Positions 47,749 to 57,168 of a stretch of 64,000 bases of DNA are shown here, piece after piece. Source of the stretch: Dehalococcoidia bacterium (lineage in GTDB: Bacteria; Chloroflexota; Dehalococcoidia; Bin125); contig CAXXNO010000006.1 in NCBI GenBank assembly GCA_963663235.2, positions 160,001 to 224,000 on the forward strand. The letters are read 5' to 3'. Below the pieces are notes generated by a model. The model had not been told where the DNA came from. It did not search any database and saw only the letters and a program-made list of their open reading frames with translations. The translations under genes were made by a program, and so were the position numbers. Each line of letters starts with the position of its first letter. The first letter of the stretch is position 1.

Positions 47749-49650
47749 ATGGCTGAAGCCAGGAACGGCGAGTTTCGCCACCTCTTGGAAGACACCCAGC
47801 AGATCGCGCCGCCGGATCTGATCCGGGAAGCGGCGCATGTGCCCGATTGGGCATCGCACTACGCAGCCGCCGACGCCGATCTGGACCGCTATTGGGCCGA
47901 CGCCGCGCGCGACCTGGAGTGGATCGAGCCGTGGCGAGCGGTGCGCGAGGAGGACGGGCAGAACCACACGCAGTGGTTTGTGGGTGGGAAGTGCAACATC
48001 ACCCAGAACGTCCTGGACCAACATCTCACGACGAGCCGCCGGACTAAAACGGCGCTGATCTGGGTAGGGGAGGACGGGGAAGAGCGGCGCTTCACGTTTG
48101 ACGAGCTGGCGCGGCTGGTCAACCGATTCGCCAACGTCCTGCGTGCCAGTGGAGTGCGCAAGGGTGAGCGCGTGTGCATCTACATGCCGCTGACGCCGGA
48201 GGGGATAGCGGCGATGCTGGCGTGCGCGCGCATCGGAGCGATCCACTCGGTAGTTTACGCGGGGCTGGCGTCCGTGGCGCTGCGATCGCGGATTGAGGAT
48301 GCCGGCGCCAGCACGCTGATCGTGGCCGATCGGGGCTACCGGCGGGGCAAGGTGGTAGACCTCAAGGTGATCGCGGATCAGGCGATCACCGGCGAAACGC
48401 CGGTGGAGCGGGTGATCGTGCACCGGCGCGATCCGTCGACGCCGCTGCGCGCCGGCGAGATCGATCTACTGCCGGCGCTGGAAGCAGCCGCCGATCAGGC
48501 CGAGGCGGAAGTCATGGACGCGGAGGACCCCCTCTTCATCCTGTACACCTCGGGGACGACGGGCCCGCCCAAGGGCGTCGTCTACCCGCACGGCGGCTAC
48601 GCCGTAGGGACGGCGCACATGACGCGCATCGCCTACGACTTGAAACCGGACACGGTGTACTGGTGCACGAGCGACATCGGCTGGATCGTGGGGCACTCCT
48701 GCATCGTGTACGGGCCGTGGATCAACGGCGTGACGCAAGTAGTGCGGGAAGGAGCGCCGGACTATCCGGACCTGGGCGTGGTGTGGTCGATCGTCGAGCG
48801 GTACGGCGTGACGACGATGTTCACCGCGCCGACGGCGCTGCGGATGTTCATGCGCTTCGGACCGGAGTATCCGGCGCGGCACAGGCTCGACAGCCTGCGG
48901 ATCCTGATCTGCGCCGGGGAGCCGCTGAACCCGGAAGCGCAGTTGTGGGCGTACGAGCACCTCATGGAGCGTCGCGGGCCGGTGTGTGATAACTGGTGGC
49001 AAACGGAGACGGGCGCGCCCACGCTGGGCACGTTGCCGTCCGACGTCGCCAAGCCTGGCAAGGTGGGGCGGCCCATGCCCGGCGTGCACGCGGCCGTGGT
49101 CGATCGCGAAGGGCAGCCCGTGCCGCCGGGGCACGGCGGCTTCCTGGTGCTGTCGAACAGCTGGCCGCACATGATGCAGACGATATGGAACGACGACGCC
49201 CGGTACCAAGAGGCGTACGACCTGATCCCCGGCTACTACACCGCGGGCGACGTAGCCACGCAGGACGAAGAAGGCTACATCACGGTGCTGGGCCGGGCCG
49301 ACGACGTGCTCAACGTGGCAGGGCACCGGATCGGGACAGCGGACGTGGAGAGCGCGCTGGTGGCGCACCCGGCGGTGGGTGAAGCGGGGGTGATCGGGAT
49401 CCCCGACGCGATCAAAGGGGAAGAGATCAAGGCGTTCGTGATCCTGCGCCAGGGCCACGAGGCGAGCGAGGAACTGCGCAAGGAGCTGGTGGCGCAGGTG
49501 CGCAACACGCTGGGGCCCATCGCCACGCCCAAAGAGGTCGAGTTCGTGCCGACGCTGCCCAAGACGCGGAGCGGCAAGATCATGCGTCGGGTGCTGAAGG
49601 CGCAGGAGTTGGGCATCGACCCGGGGGACCTGACGACGCTGGAGGAGTGA
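47749..49650 (+). CDS. acs: Acetate--CoA ligase (acetyl-CoA synthetase)
   Basis: LYTSGTTGPPKG, DNWWQTETG, GRADDVLNVAGHRIGT, PKTRSGKIMRR. Confidence 0.93.
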   Translation: MAEARNGEFRHLLEDTQQIAPPDLIREAAHVPDWASHYAAADADLDRYWADAARDLEWIEPWRAVREEDGQNHTQWFVGGKCNITQNVLDQHLTTSRRTKTALIWVGEDGEERRFTFDELARLVNRFANVLRASGVRKGERVCIYMPLTPEGIAAMLACARIGAIHSVVYAGLASVALRSRIEDAGASTLIVADRGYRRGKVVDLKVIADQAITGETPVERVIVHRRDPSTPLRAGEIDLLPALEAAADQAEAEVMDAEDPLFILYTSGTTGPPKGVVYPHGGYAVGTAHMTRIAYDLKPDTVYWCTSDIGWIVGHSCIVYGPWINGVTQVVREGAPDYPDLGVVWSIVERYGVTTMFTAPTALRMFMRFGPEYPARHRLDSLRILICAGEPLNPEAQLWAYEHLMERRGPVCDNWWQTETGAPTLGTLPSDVAKPGKVGRPMPGVHAAVVDREGQPVPPGHGGFLVLSNSWPHMMQTIWNDDARYQEAYDLIPGYYTAGDVATQDEEGYITVLGRADDVLNVAGHRIGTADVESALVAHPAVGEAGVIGIPDAIKGEEIKAFVILRQGHEASEELRKELVAQVRNTLGPIATPKEVEFVPTLPKTRSGKIMRRVLKAQELGIDPGDLTTLEE

Positions 49651-49767
49651 GCGTCCGAGGAGCGGCGGAGGCGCGACCTCAAAACGTGCAGCCGTTAGTA
49701 TTGGTGGCGGCCTTGCATCGACGCCGGCGGCCGGCCGTCGATGCGCGAGCGCGGGAGGAGCCGAATC

Positions 49768-50742
49768 TTGAGCGCGCAGCGTCGCATCGAATTCGGAGTG
49801 CAGACGAACCTGCACTACACGACCTACGCCGAGGTCCTGGAGACGTGGCAGACCGTCGAGCGGGAGGGGCTGGATCACGCCTGGACGTACGATCACTTCC
49901 TGCCCTGCTTCCGCGATCCGGCCGGGCCGACGCTGGAGGGCTGGACGACGCTCACCGCGCTGATGATGACGGTGCCGCGCATCCGGGCGGGGGTACTGGT
50001 GCCGTGCAACATGTTCCGGCACCCCGTGCTCTCGGCGAAGATCGCCACCACGCTGGACCAGATCACGGGCGGCGAGCGGCTGGAGATGGCGATCGGCGCG
50101 GGGTGGTGGGAGCCGGAGTTCCGGGCCTACGGCTTCCCGTACCCGCCGCTACCCGAGCGGCTGGACATGATGGACGAAGCGATCCGGGTGATGCAGTCGT
50201 TGTGGACGCAAGAGCGGACCACGATCGAGGGGAAGTACTACACGATCACGGACGCGCCGTTCGCGCCCAAGCCAGTGCAAAAGCCGCACCTGCCGCTGTG
50301 GATCGGCGGGATGGGGCCGAAGCGCACGATGCGGGCCGTGGCGCGCTACGCCGACGGCTGGAACGTCTGGACGCAGCCGCGCGAGGGCTACGAGATGCTG
50401 CTGGGCGCGCTGGAGAAGCAGTGCGAAGAGATCGGGCGGGACCCGGCGACGGTGCGTCGATCGGTGGCGTTCCGGTTCGCGGTGGACAAGGACCCGAAGA
50501 CGGCGCAGGCGCGGCTCTTCAAGGAAGCGGAGGACGCCGACCAGGAGCTGCCCGAAGGATTCGAGGAGCTGATCAACCTGGCGCTGACGGGGTCGCCCGA
50601 CGACATCACCGAGCAGCTGTCGTGGTACACGGAGCGAGGCGTCGACCACGTGATCCTGCTGCTGGACGCGCCGTTCCCGCAGGACGAGCTGACGCGGTTC
50701 GCGCGCGAGGTGATCCCGGCGGTGCGCGCGGCGGGAATGTAG
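49768..50742 (+). CDS. LLM-class oxidoreductase, paralog A
   Basis: WTYDHF, LEGWTTLTAL, FRHPVLSAK, AIGAGW; TTG start after GGAGGAG. Confidence 0.9.
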   Translation: MSAQRRIEFGVQTNLHYTTYAEVLETWQTVEREGLDHAWTYDHFLPCFRDPAGPTLEGWTTLTALMMTVPRIRAGVLVPCNMFRHPVLSAKIATTLDQITGGERLEMAIGAGWWEPEFRAYGFPYPPLPERLDMMDEAIRVMQSLWTQERTTIEGKYYTITDAPFAPKPVQKPHLPLWIGGMGPKRTMRAVARYADGWNVWTQPREGYEMLLGALEKQCEEIGRDPATVRRSVAFRFAVDKDPKTAQARLFKEAEDADQELPEGFEELINLALTGSPDDITEQLSWYTERGVDHVILLLDAPFPQDELTRFAREVIPAVRAAGM

Positions 50743-50754
50743 GCGGAGCAGCGG

Positions 50755-51726
50755 ATGAGCGGTCGGCGGCGCATCGAGTTCGGCATCATGACCAACCTGC
50801 ACTACACGACCTATGAAGAGGTGCGCGCCATCTGGCAGACGGCGGAGCAGGAAGGGTTGGATCATGCGTGGGCGCCCGATCACCTGCTGCCGGCGTTCTC
50901 CGACCTCGGCGGGGCCACCCTGGAGGCGTGGACCACGCTGACGGGACTCGTGCACGAAGTGCCGCGGATCCGCGCGGGGGTTTTGGTGTCGTGTAACCCG
51001 TTTCGTCACCCCGCGCTGCTAGCGAAGCAGGCCGTAACGCTGGACGAGATCACCGAGGGCAAACGGCTGGAGGTGGCGATCGGCGCGGGCTGGCTGGAGG
51101 TGGAGTTCCGCGCGTACGGCATCCCGTTCCCGCCGCTGCCCGAGCGGCTGGAGACGATGCACGAAGCGCTCCAGGTCTTGCGATCCCTGTGGACGCAGGA
51201 TCGGACCACGATCCGGAGCGAGCACTACACGATCATCGACGCACCGTTCGCCCCCAAACCGGTGCAGAAACCGTACCCGCCGCTGTGGATCGGCGGGAAG
51301 GGGAAGAACCTTACGCTGAGCGCGGTGGCACGCTACGCCGACGGGTGGAACGTGCTGCGACAGCCTCATGAGGAGTACGCGACGTTGGTGGAGGCGCTCG
51401 AGCGGCACTGCGAGGAGGCCGGGCGGGACCCGGCGACCGTGCGGCGGTCGGTGGCGATGCGATTTGAGGTCGACCGGAACGTGGCGGCCGCGCGGGCGCG
51501 GCTGTGGCGCGAGGCGGAGGAGGCGGGGCAGGAGCCGGCGGAGGTCGAGGAGTTGATCGACATGGCGCTGGCGGGGTCGGCGGAAGAGATCGCGGAGCAG
51601 ATCGTGTCCGACGCCGAACTGGGCATGGATCATGTGATCCTGCTGATGGACCCACCGTTTCGCCACGAGAAGCTGACCCGCTTCGCGCGCGAGGTGATCC
51701 CCGCGGTGCGAGCGGCGGGATTCTAG
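50755..51726 (+). CDS. LLM-class oxidoreductase, paralog B
   Basis: WAPDHL, LEAWTTL, FRHPALLAK; near-collinear with paralog A. Confidence 0.9.
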   Translation: MSGRRRIEFGIMTNLHYTTYEEVRAIWQTAEQEGLDHAWAPDHLLPAFSDLGGATLEAWTTLTGLVHEVPRIRAGVLVSCNPFRHPALLAKQAVTLDEITEGKRLEVAIGAGWLEVEFRAYGIPFPPLPERLETMHEALQVLRSLWTQDRTTIRSEHYTIIDAPFAPKPVQKPYPPLWIGGKGKNLTLSAVARYADGWNVLRQPHEEYATLVEALERHCEEAGRDPATVRRSVAMRFEVDRNVAAARARLWREAEEAGQEPAEVEELIDMALAGSAEEIAEQIVSDAELGMDHVILLMDPPFRHEKLTRFAREVIPAVRAAGF

Positions 51727-51739
51727 AGAGCGGGAAAGC

Positions 51740-52993
51740 ATGACGACGGGCGAGATCGACGCCACGACGCCGAAGTCATTGCGGGACAAGTACGCGATCA
51801 TCGGCGTGGGCGAGACGCCGTTCGTGCGCGGGTCGGGGAAGACGACGCGGGCGCTGGGCACGGAGGCGATTCGCAACGCGATGGCGGACGCGGGGATCGC
51901 CGCGAGCGAGATCGACGGGATGCTGTCGTACTCGATCGGGGACTCGACGCTGTCGCCGTTCATCGCGGGGGATCTGGGGATCCAGCCGAACTTCTACACG
52001 GACATCATCGGCGGGGGGTCGAGCACGGAGGCGTTGATCGGCATCGCGACGGGGGTGATCGAGGCGGGGATGTGCAAGACGGTGTGCATCTTCCGGGCGA
52101 TGAACGGCTTCTCGGTGTCGCGCATCGGGGGAACAGGACGGTCGCCGCGCGTGACCAGCGGCGACGCCCTGCACATGGCTCCGTACGGGATGTTCAGCGC
52201 AGGGCAGCGCTTCGCGTTCTCGTTCATGCGGCATATGCACGACTACGGAACCACGCCCGAGCAGGTGGCGATGGTCAAAGTGATCCACAGCGAGCACGCA
52301 TCGAACAACCCCAAGGCGCTTTACAAGCAGCGGCTCACCGTGGACGACGTGCTGAACAGCCGGATGATCCTCAAACCGCTGCACCTGCTGGACTGCTGCG
52401 TGGAGACGGACAACGGTACGGCGATCATCGTGACCAGCGTGGAGCGGGCGTACGACACCCGGCACAGGCCGGCGCGAATCCTGAGCGTGGCGGGTCGATC
52501 AACGCAGGAACGATCCGACATGCACTTCCAATACGGGCCGATCGCCACCTGGGGCGGGGCGCGACACGGCCGGAAGATCCTGTGGCCGAACGCGGGCGTG
52601 GGGCCGGAAGACGTGGACGTGACCGGCGCCTACGACGCCTTCACGTTCACCACCATGTTTGGCATGGAGGGCTGGGGGATCTGCGAGCAGGGCGAAGGCG
52701 GCGAATACGTGAGCAGCGGGATCATGCGCCTGGGTGGAGCGCGGCCCAACAACACCAGCGGGGGCCACCTCTGCGAGGGGTACACCCACGGCATGAACTT
52801 GGTGATCGAGAACGTGCGGCAGCTGCGCGGCGACGTGGACGACTCCTGTGCGGCCGGGCCGGACGGGCGCCGGGCGCACACGTACGACTACCGCGAGGGC
52901 GGCTGCCGGCAGGTCCGAGACGTTGAAGTCACAGCGAACTTCGGCTGGGCGGGTCCGGTGACCGGCTCCGGCCTGGTGCTGCGGAAGGGTTAG
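51740..52993 (+). CDS. Thiolase-fold protein, SCP2/Ltp2-like (no canonical N-terminal Cys)
   Basis: AIIGVGET, GGGSS, LLDCCVETD, YDAFT, NTSGGHLCEGY. Confidence 0.88.
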   Translation: MTTGEIDATTPKSLRDKYAIIGVGETPFVRGSGKTTRALGTEAIRNAMADAGIAASEIDGMLSYSIGDSTLSPFIAGDLGIQPNFYTDIIGGGSSTEALIGIATGVIEAGMCKTVCIFRAMNGFSVSRIGGTGRSPRVTSGDALHMAPYGMFSAGQRFAFSFMRHMHDYGTTPEQVAMVKVIHSEHASNNPKALYKQRLTVDDVLNSRMILKPLHLLDCCVETDNGTAIIVTSVERAYDTRHRPARILSVAGRSTQERSDMHFQYGPIATWGGARHGRKILWPNAGVGPEDVDVTGAYDAFTFTTMFGMEGWGICEQGEGGEYVSSGIMRLGGARPNNTSGGHLCEGYTHGMNLVIENVRQLRGDVDDSCAAGPDGRRAHTYDYREGGCRQVRDVEVTANFGWAGPVTGSGLVLRKG

Positions 52994-53131
52994 TTCTCAA
53001 TCGAGCGAGGCTGAGGTTGGCCGGAGGCTTACGCGAGAGGATGCGCCCATACCGCATGAGCGTTCGTGCACAGGCAAAAGATCGAGCGGAGATGCTGAGC
53101 ATCGGTGGTGCGGGATGGTAGAGGTGGACGT

Positions 53132-53653
53132 ATGACGGTTGAGGGCGAATACCTGGGAATGCCGCTGGCGGTCCCGGACAACGACGGCGAGAACCTGGAC
53201 TACTTCCGCCATTGCGCCGGGCACGACTTTCGTTTGCAGCAGTGCGCGTCGTGCAGGCTGTTGCGCTATCCACCGACGACCGCCTGTCCCTGGTGCCAGA
53301 GCGCCGAGGCGGAGTGGACGTCGGTGGAGGGCAAAGGCGAGATCCATTCGTACATGGAGGTTCACCACCCGATCCAACCGGCGTTTCAGGGGCGGACGCC
53401 GTACCTGGTGCTGCTGGTGGAGTTGGACAGGCAGAAGGGACAGCCCACAGAGCACGAGGCCCTGCGCGTGGTGGGAAACCTGGTGACGCCTGACGGGGAG
53501 CTGGCGGCGGCGGACGAAGTGCGGCGGGTGGGGATTGGCAACCGGATGCGGATGGTGTTCGTGGACGTGGGGGAGGGGTTGTCGTTGCCGCAGTGGACGC
53601 TGGACGAATCGGCGAGGCAGCCGAGCGAGCCGTGGCGCTACGCGCAGGAGTAG
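53132..53653 (+). CDS. DUF35 Zn-ribbon/OB-fold partner of the thiolase
   Basis: QQCASC...YPPTTACPWC, GKGEIHSY, PYLVLLVEL. Confidence 0.88.
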   Translation: MTVEGEYLGMPLAVPDNDGENLDYFRHCAGHDFRLQQCASCRLLRYPPTTACPWCQSAEAEWTSVEGKGEIHSYMEVHHPIQPAFQGRTPYLVLLVELDRQKGQPTEHEALRVVGNLVTPDGELAAADEVRRVGIGNRMRMVFVDVGEGLSLPQWTLDESARQPSEPWRYAQE

Positions 53654-53663
53654 CGGTGTCGCG

Positions 53664-54077
53664 GTGAGCGGGCGTGTGCGCCTGCCGTTGTTGCTGCTGC
53701 TCGCTCTCGGGATCGTCGCGGCGTCGGCCGGGTGCGGACTGGGCGGGGAGAGAGGCGACATAACGCTGAGCTACGCGGTCGATGAGCGGGTGCCGAGCCT
53801 GCCGATCACGGAGCCGCTGGAGCAGCCGATCCCGGTGGGACGCGAGTTCCTGCTGCGCCTGGAGGTGCCCATGCCGCGCGACGAGGAGATGGTGGTGATA
53901 CGGATATCGAAGCGGGTGGGGGGGAGCTTCTTGCAGAGAGGAGACGTGGAGCGGGCGGTGGAGCCGCCGTGGCGAATAGTGGCGCTGCCGCTGGCGATCA
54001 CGGAGCCAGGAGAGTGGCTGGTGTCGGTGTTTGCGAGCCAGCGGAAGATCACGGACGTCAAGCTCGAGGTGCGGTGA
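53664..54077 (+). CDS. Hypothetical lipoprotein
   Basis: LPLLLLLALGIVAASAGC lipobox. Confidence 0.6.
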   Translation: MSGRVRLPLLLLLALGIVAASAGCGLGGERGDITLSYAVDERVPSLPITEPLEQPIPVGREFLLRLEVPMPRDEEMVVIRISKRVGGSFLQRGDVERAVEPPWRIVALPLAITEPGEWLVSVFASQRKITDVKLEVR

Positions 54078-54133
54078 GGGGCGTGGGACGCTCCGCCGGG
54101 TGCTATCGTTGCGGGCGCTTGGAGGCGAGATAA

Positions 54134-55744
54134 ATGCGGCGGATCGTCGAGGTCGCGGGTGATCTGGGGTTGGGGGAAGACGATCTGGAGCAGTACGGGC
54201 CGTACAAGGCGAAGCTGACCGAGGCAGCGCTGGAGCGGCTGCGGGAAGCGACGCCCGGACGGCTGGTGCTGGTCACAGGGATGACGCCGACCACCGCGGG
54301 CGAAGGGAAGACCACCACCGCGATCGGGCTGACGCAAGGGCTGCGGCTGGGCGGCGCGCGGGCGACGGTGTGCCTGCGAGAGCCATCGGTGGGGCCGGTG
54401 ATGGGGATCAAGGGCGGGGGGACCGGCGGGGGACAGTCGGAAGTGCTGCCGGCGGACGAGATCAACCTGCACTTCACCGGCGACCTGCACGCCGTGACCA
54501 CGGCCAACAACCTCCTCTCCGCGACGCTGGACGCATCGATCTTCCACGGCAACGAACACCGCATCGACGTGCGTCGGGTGACGTGGCGTCGCTGCATGGA
54601 CATGAACGACCGCTCGCTGCGGCACATCGTGGTGGGGCTGGGGGCGCCGGCGGACGGGATTCCGCGGCAGGAGGGCTTCGACATCACCCCAGCGTCAGAG
54701 GTGATGGCGATCCTCTCGGTGGCGCAAGACCTAGAGGACCTGCACCGGCGGCTGCGAGAGGTGATCGTCGGGTACACGCGAGAGTGGGAGCCAGTGCGGT
54801 GCGGGCAGATCGGCGTCGAGGCGGCGATGACCGTGCTGCTGAAGCACGCGATGCGGCCCAACCTAGTCCAAACGAGCGAAGGCGGCCCGGCTCTGGTGCA
54901 CGGCGGCCCGTTCGCCAACATCGCGCTGGGGTGCAACAGCATCAGGGCGACGAAGGTCGCGCTGGCGACGTCGGAGGTGGTGGTGACGGAGGCGGGGTTC
55001 GGCTCCGACCTGGGGGCGGAGAAGTTCTTCAACGTGGTCTCGCGCTTCGGGCAGTTGCAGCCGGAGGCGGCGGTGATCGTCGCGACGGCGCGGGCGCTGA
55101 AGCGGCACGGGGGGCGGCCGGCGAAGGAGCTGGAGGTCGAGGACCTGGGCACGCTCGAGGCGGGGCTGCCCAACCTGGACGCGCACATCGACAACGTGCA
55201 GGGGCACGGGGTTACGCCCGTGGTGGCGGTCAACCGCTTCCCCAGCGACAGCGACGCGGAGATCGCAGCCGTGCTGCGGTACTGTGCGGGTCGCAAGGTG
55301 CTGGCGGCGGAATCGAGGCCGTTCGAGGGCGGAGAGGGATGTTCGGGGCTAGCCGAAGCGGTCGAAACGGCGCTGGCGAACGGCGGCGCCCGGCTACGCC
55401 ACCTCTACGAGCCCGAGCAGCCGATCAAGGCGAAGATCGAGCGGGTGGCGCGCGAGGTCTACGGCGCGAGCGGCGTGGTGTACCAAAGCACGGCGGAGAC
55501 GACGCTGGGGCGGGTGGAGAAGCTGGGCATGGGGTCGATGCCGATCTGCATGGCCAAGACGCAGTACTCGCTATCGGACGACCCGGCGCTGATCGGGCGG
55601 CCGGAGGGGCACGAGCTGCACGTGCGCGAGGTACGGCCATCGGCCGGGGCGGGGTTCGTGGTGATCATCGCCGGCGACATCATGACGATGCCGGGGTTGC
55701 CGCGGGAGCCGGCGGCGACGCGGTTCAGGGTCGACGGCGGGTAG
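54134..55744 (+). CDS. fhs: Formate--tetrahydrofolate ligase
   Basis: TPTTAGEGKTTT, INLHFTGD, HGGPFANIA, TEAGFGSDLGAEKF, IMTMPGLP. Confidence 0.96.
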   Translation: MRRIVEVAGDLGLGEDDLEQYGPYKAKLTEAALERLREATPGRLVLVTGMTPTTAGEGKTTTAIGLTQGLRLGGARATVCLREPSVGPVMGIKGGGTGGGQSEVLPADEINLHFTGDLHAVTTANNLLSATLDASIFHGNEHRIDVRRVTWRRCMDMNDRSLRHIVVGLGAPADGIPRQEGFDITPASEVMAILSVAQDLEDLHRRLREVIVGYTREWEPVRCGQIGVEAAMTVLLKHAMRPNLVQTSEGGPALVHGGPFANIALGCNSIRATKVALATSEVVVTEAGFGSDLGAEKFFNVVSRFGQLQPEAAVIVATARALKRHGGRPAKELEVEDLGTLEAGLPNLDAHIDNVQGHGVTPVVAVNRFPSDSDAEIAAVLRYCAGRKVLAAESRPFEGGEGCSGLAEAVETALANGGARLRHLYEPEQPIKAKIERVAREVYGASGVVYQSTAETTLGRVEKLGMGSMPICMAKTQYSLSDDPALIGRPEGHELHVREVRPSAGAGFVVIIAGDIMTMPGLPREPAATRFRVDGG

Positions 55745-55755
55745 GAGATCGAGCC

Positions 55756-55899
55756 GCCGTTCGTGGTTCGACAGGCTCACCACGAACGGCTGAGGGCTCA
55801 CCCCGAACGGCTGAGGGCTCACCCCGAACGGCTGAGGGCTCACCACGAACGGCTGAGGGCCGACCACGGACGGCTGAGGGTTGGCCACGAACGGCGGAC
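55756..55899. repeat. REP-like palindrome followed by a 21-bp tandem array x6
   Basis: Core 55757-55789 identical to 12468-12500; unit GGCTCACC(A/C)CGAACGGCTGAG at 55774, 55795, 55816, 55837, 55858, 55879, decaying rightwards. Confidence 0.93.
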
Positions 55900-55902
55900 C
55901 TC

Positions 55903-56085
55903 TCAGCCGGGCGGCGGCGGGATCTCGATGCTGTAGCGGGCGGCGGCTTCCGCGAGCTTCGCCGTGTCGGGCGGTCCGGCGTCGCCGGTCTCAGAAGCGA
56001 GGAGCTTCACCTCCATGCGCGAGCCCATCATCCAGACGGTCTGGCCCTCGCCGCTCTTGCGAGCGACCAGGTGATCGACGGTCAT
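55903..56085 (-). pseudogene. Probable internally deleted cupin (quercetinase-like) remnant, 60 aa
   Basis: GEGQTVWMMGSRMEVKLLASETG joined directly to PPDTAKLAEAAARYSIEIPPP; no His-containing cupin core. Confidence 0.5.
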
Positions 56086-56106
56086 GCGATCCCCCGCCTT
56101 TCGTCT

Positions 56107-56949
56107 CTAGGCCTTGGCTTCCGTCTCGATCGGGTGATCGACGGCGTCGCCGTACTCGTGCCAGGAAGCGTCGTAGACGCGGACGTCGTCGTAGCCGAGG
56201 AGCCGGAGGACAAACAGTCCGTGCGCCGCACGGATGCCGCCCTGTCAATAGGTGCTGACGCGCTTGTCCGGGGTGATACCGAGGCCGGTGAGTTGCTTGC
56301 GAATCTCGGCGGGCGGCTTAAGCGTGCGGATCGGGTGGTTGAGGTTGTCCATCCATTCGAGATGGACGGCGGTGGGGATGTGACCGCCGCGCTTGGCGCC
56401 GCGGGCGTTGGCGCCCGTCCACTCGCCGTCGGAGCGGACGTCCCAGAGGATCTCGCCCTGGTTGCCGATGCCTGCGGCGACGTCGTCGATGGTGCAGGAC
56501 CAGTGGTTGTTCTGCGCAGTGGGGGTATAGGTGGTGGGCTTGGGGCGGATGTTTTCGTTGGAGAGAGGGCGCCCGTCTGCGTACCACTGGTCGAGGCCGC
56601 CATCGAGGAGCTTGCAGCCGGCGTGGCCGTAGCGGTCCAGCGTCCACCAGAAGCGGGCGGCGAAGACGCCGCCGGATCCGTCGTAGGCGACGATGGTGTC
56701 ATCGTTGGAGATGCCCATCTTGCCCAGGAGCTCGGCGAACTTGTCGCCCTCGATGCCGAAGATGTCGGTGTCGTTGCCGTCGCCCTTCCAGTAACGGGAG
56801 CGGGCGGCGATGGCTTTGGGGATGTGGAGCCGCTGGTAGGCGGGGAGGAGGTCACAATCGACGACGACGAGGTTGGGGTCGTCGAGGTGGCCGGCGAGCC
56901 AGTCGGTGTCGACCAGGAGTTCGGGGTGGGCCCAGCCGTTGGCGGTCAT
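56107..56949 (-). CDS. Two-domain rhodanese/sulfurtransferase (SseA/TST family) with predicted selenocysteine at the active site
   Basis: LVDTDWL, HIPKA, GHIPTA; in-frame TGA at 56245-56247 in STY-U-QGGIRAA; the frame continues [19 protein letters not shown] to TAG at 56107-56109; 280 aa, U at codon 235; AGGAG RBS. Confidence 0.92.
56209..56247 (-). promoter_or_regulatory. Bacterial SECIS-like hairpin
   Basis: UGA-CAGGGCGGCA-UCCGUGC-GGC-GCACGGA-CUGUUUGUC: perfect 7-bp upper stem starting at nt 11 after the UGA, loop starting with G, and a G-U-rich lower stem. Confidence 0.75.
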
Positions 56950-57168
56950 CGTTGCGCTCCTCTCGGCGGAGTGGGACGTGCGCTGATCTGACGGGTGGCG
57001 CTCCTGCGAACACGCCAACCTGCCCTCCCCTTATAGCCGCAACCAGGCCGGCACGTCATCGTTCCGGGTTCGGCCCCGGCGAGGGAACGCCGCTCGAATC
57101 GGCATCGCTCCGGCCCAGCGCCCGGGCAGGACGCCAGCGAAAGCGGCCGAAGGACCGCAGAGGCATCG

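Noticed and set aside
55774-55899. CRISPR array or coding heptapeptide repeat (SPRTAEG)
   Set aside because: Head-to-tail 21-mers without spacers; the ORFs crossing it are shadow frames of fhs and the rhodanese.
54370-56991. 873-aa plus-strand ORF
   Set aside because: Alternative frame of fhs plus antisense of the rhodanese; low-complexity R/G/A composition.
56245-57018. Truncated rhodanese pseudogene
   Set aside because: The stop falls exactly on the catalytic residue, the downstream frame is conserved, and a SECIS-like hairpin follows; Sec is the better explanation.
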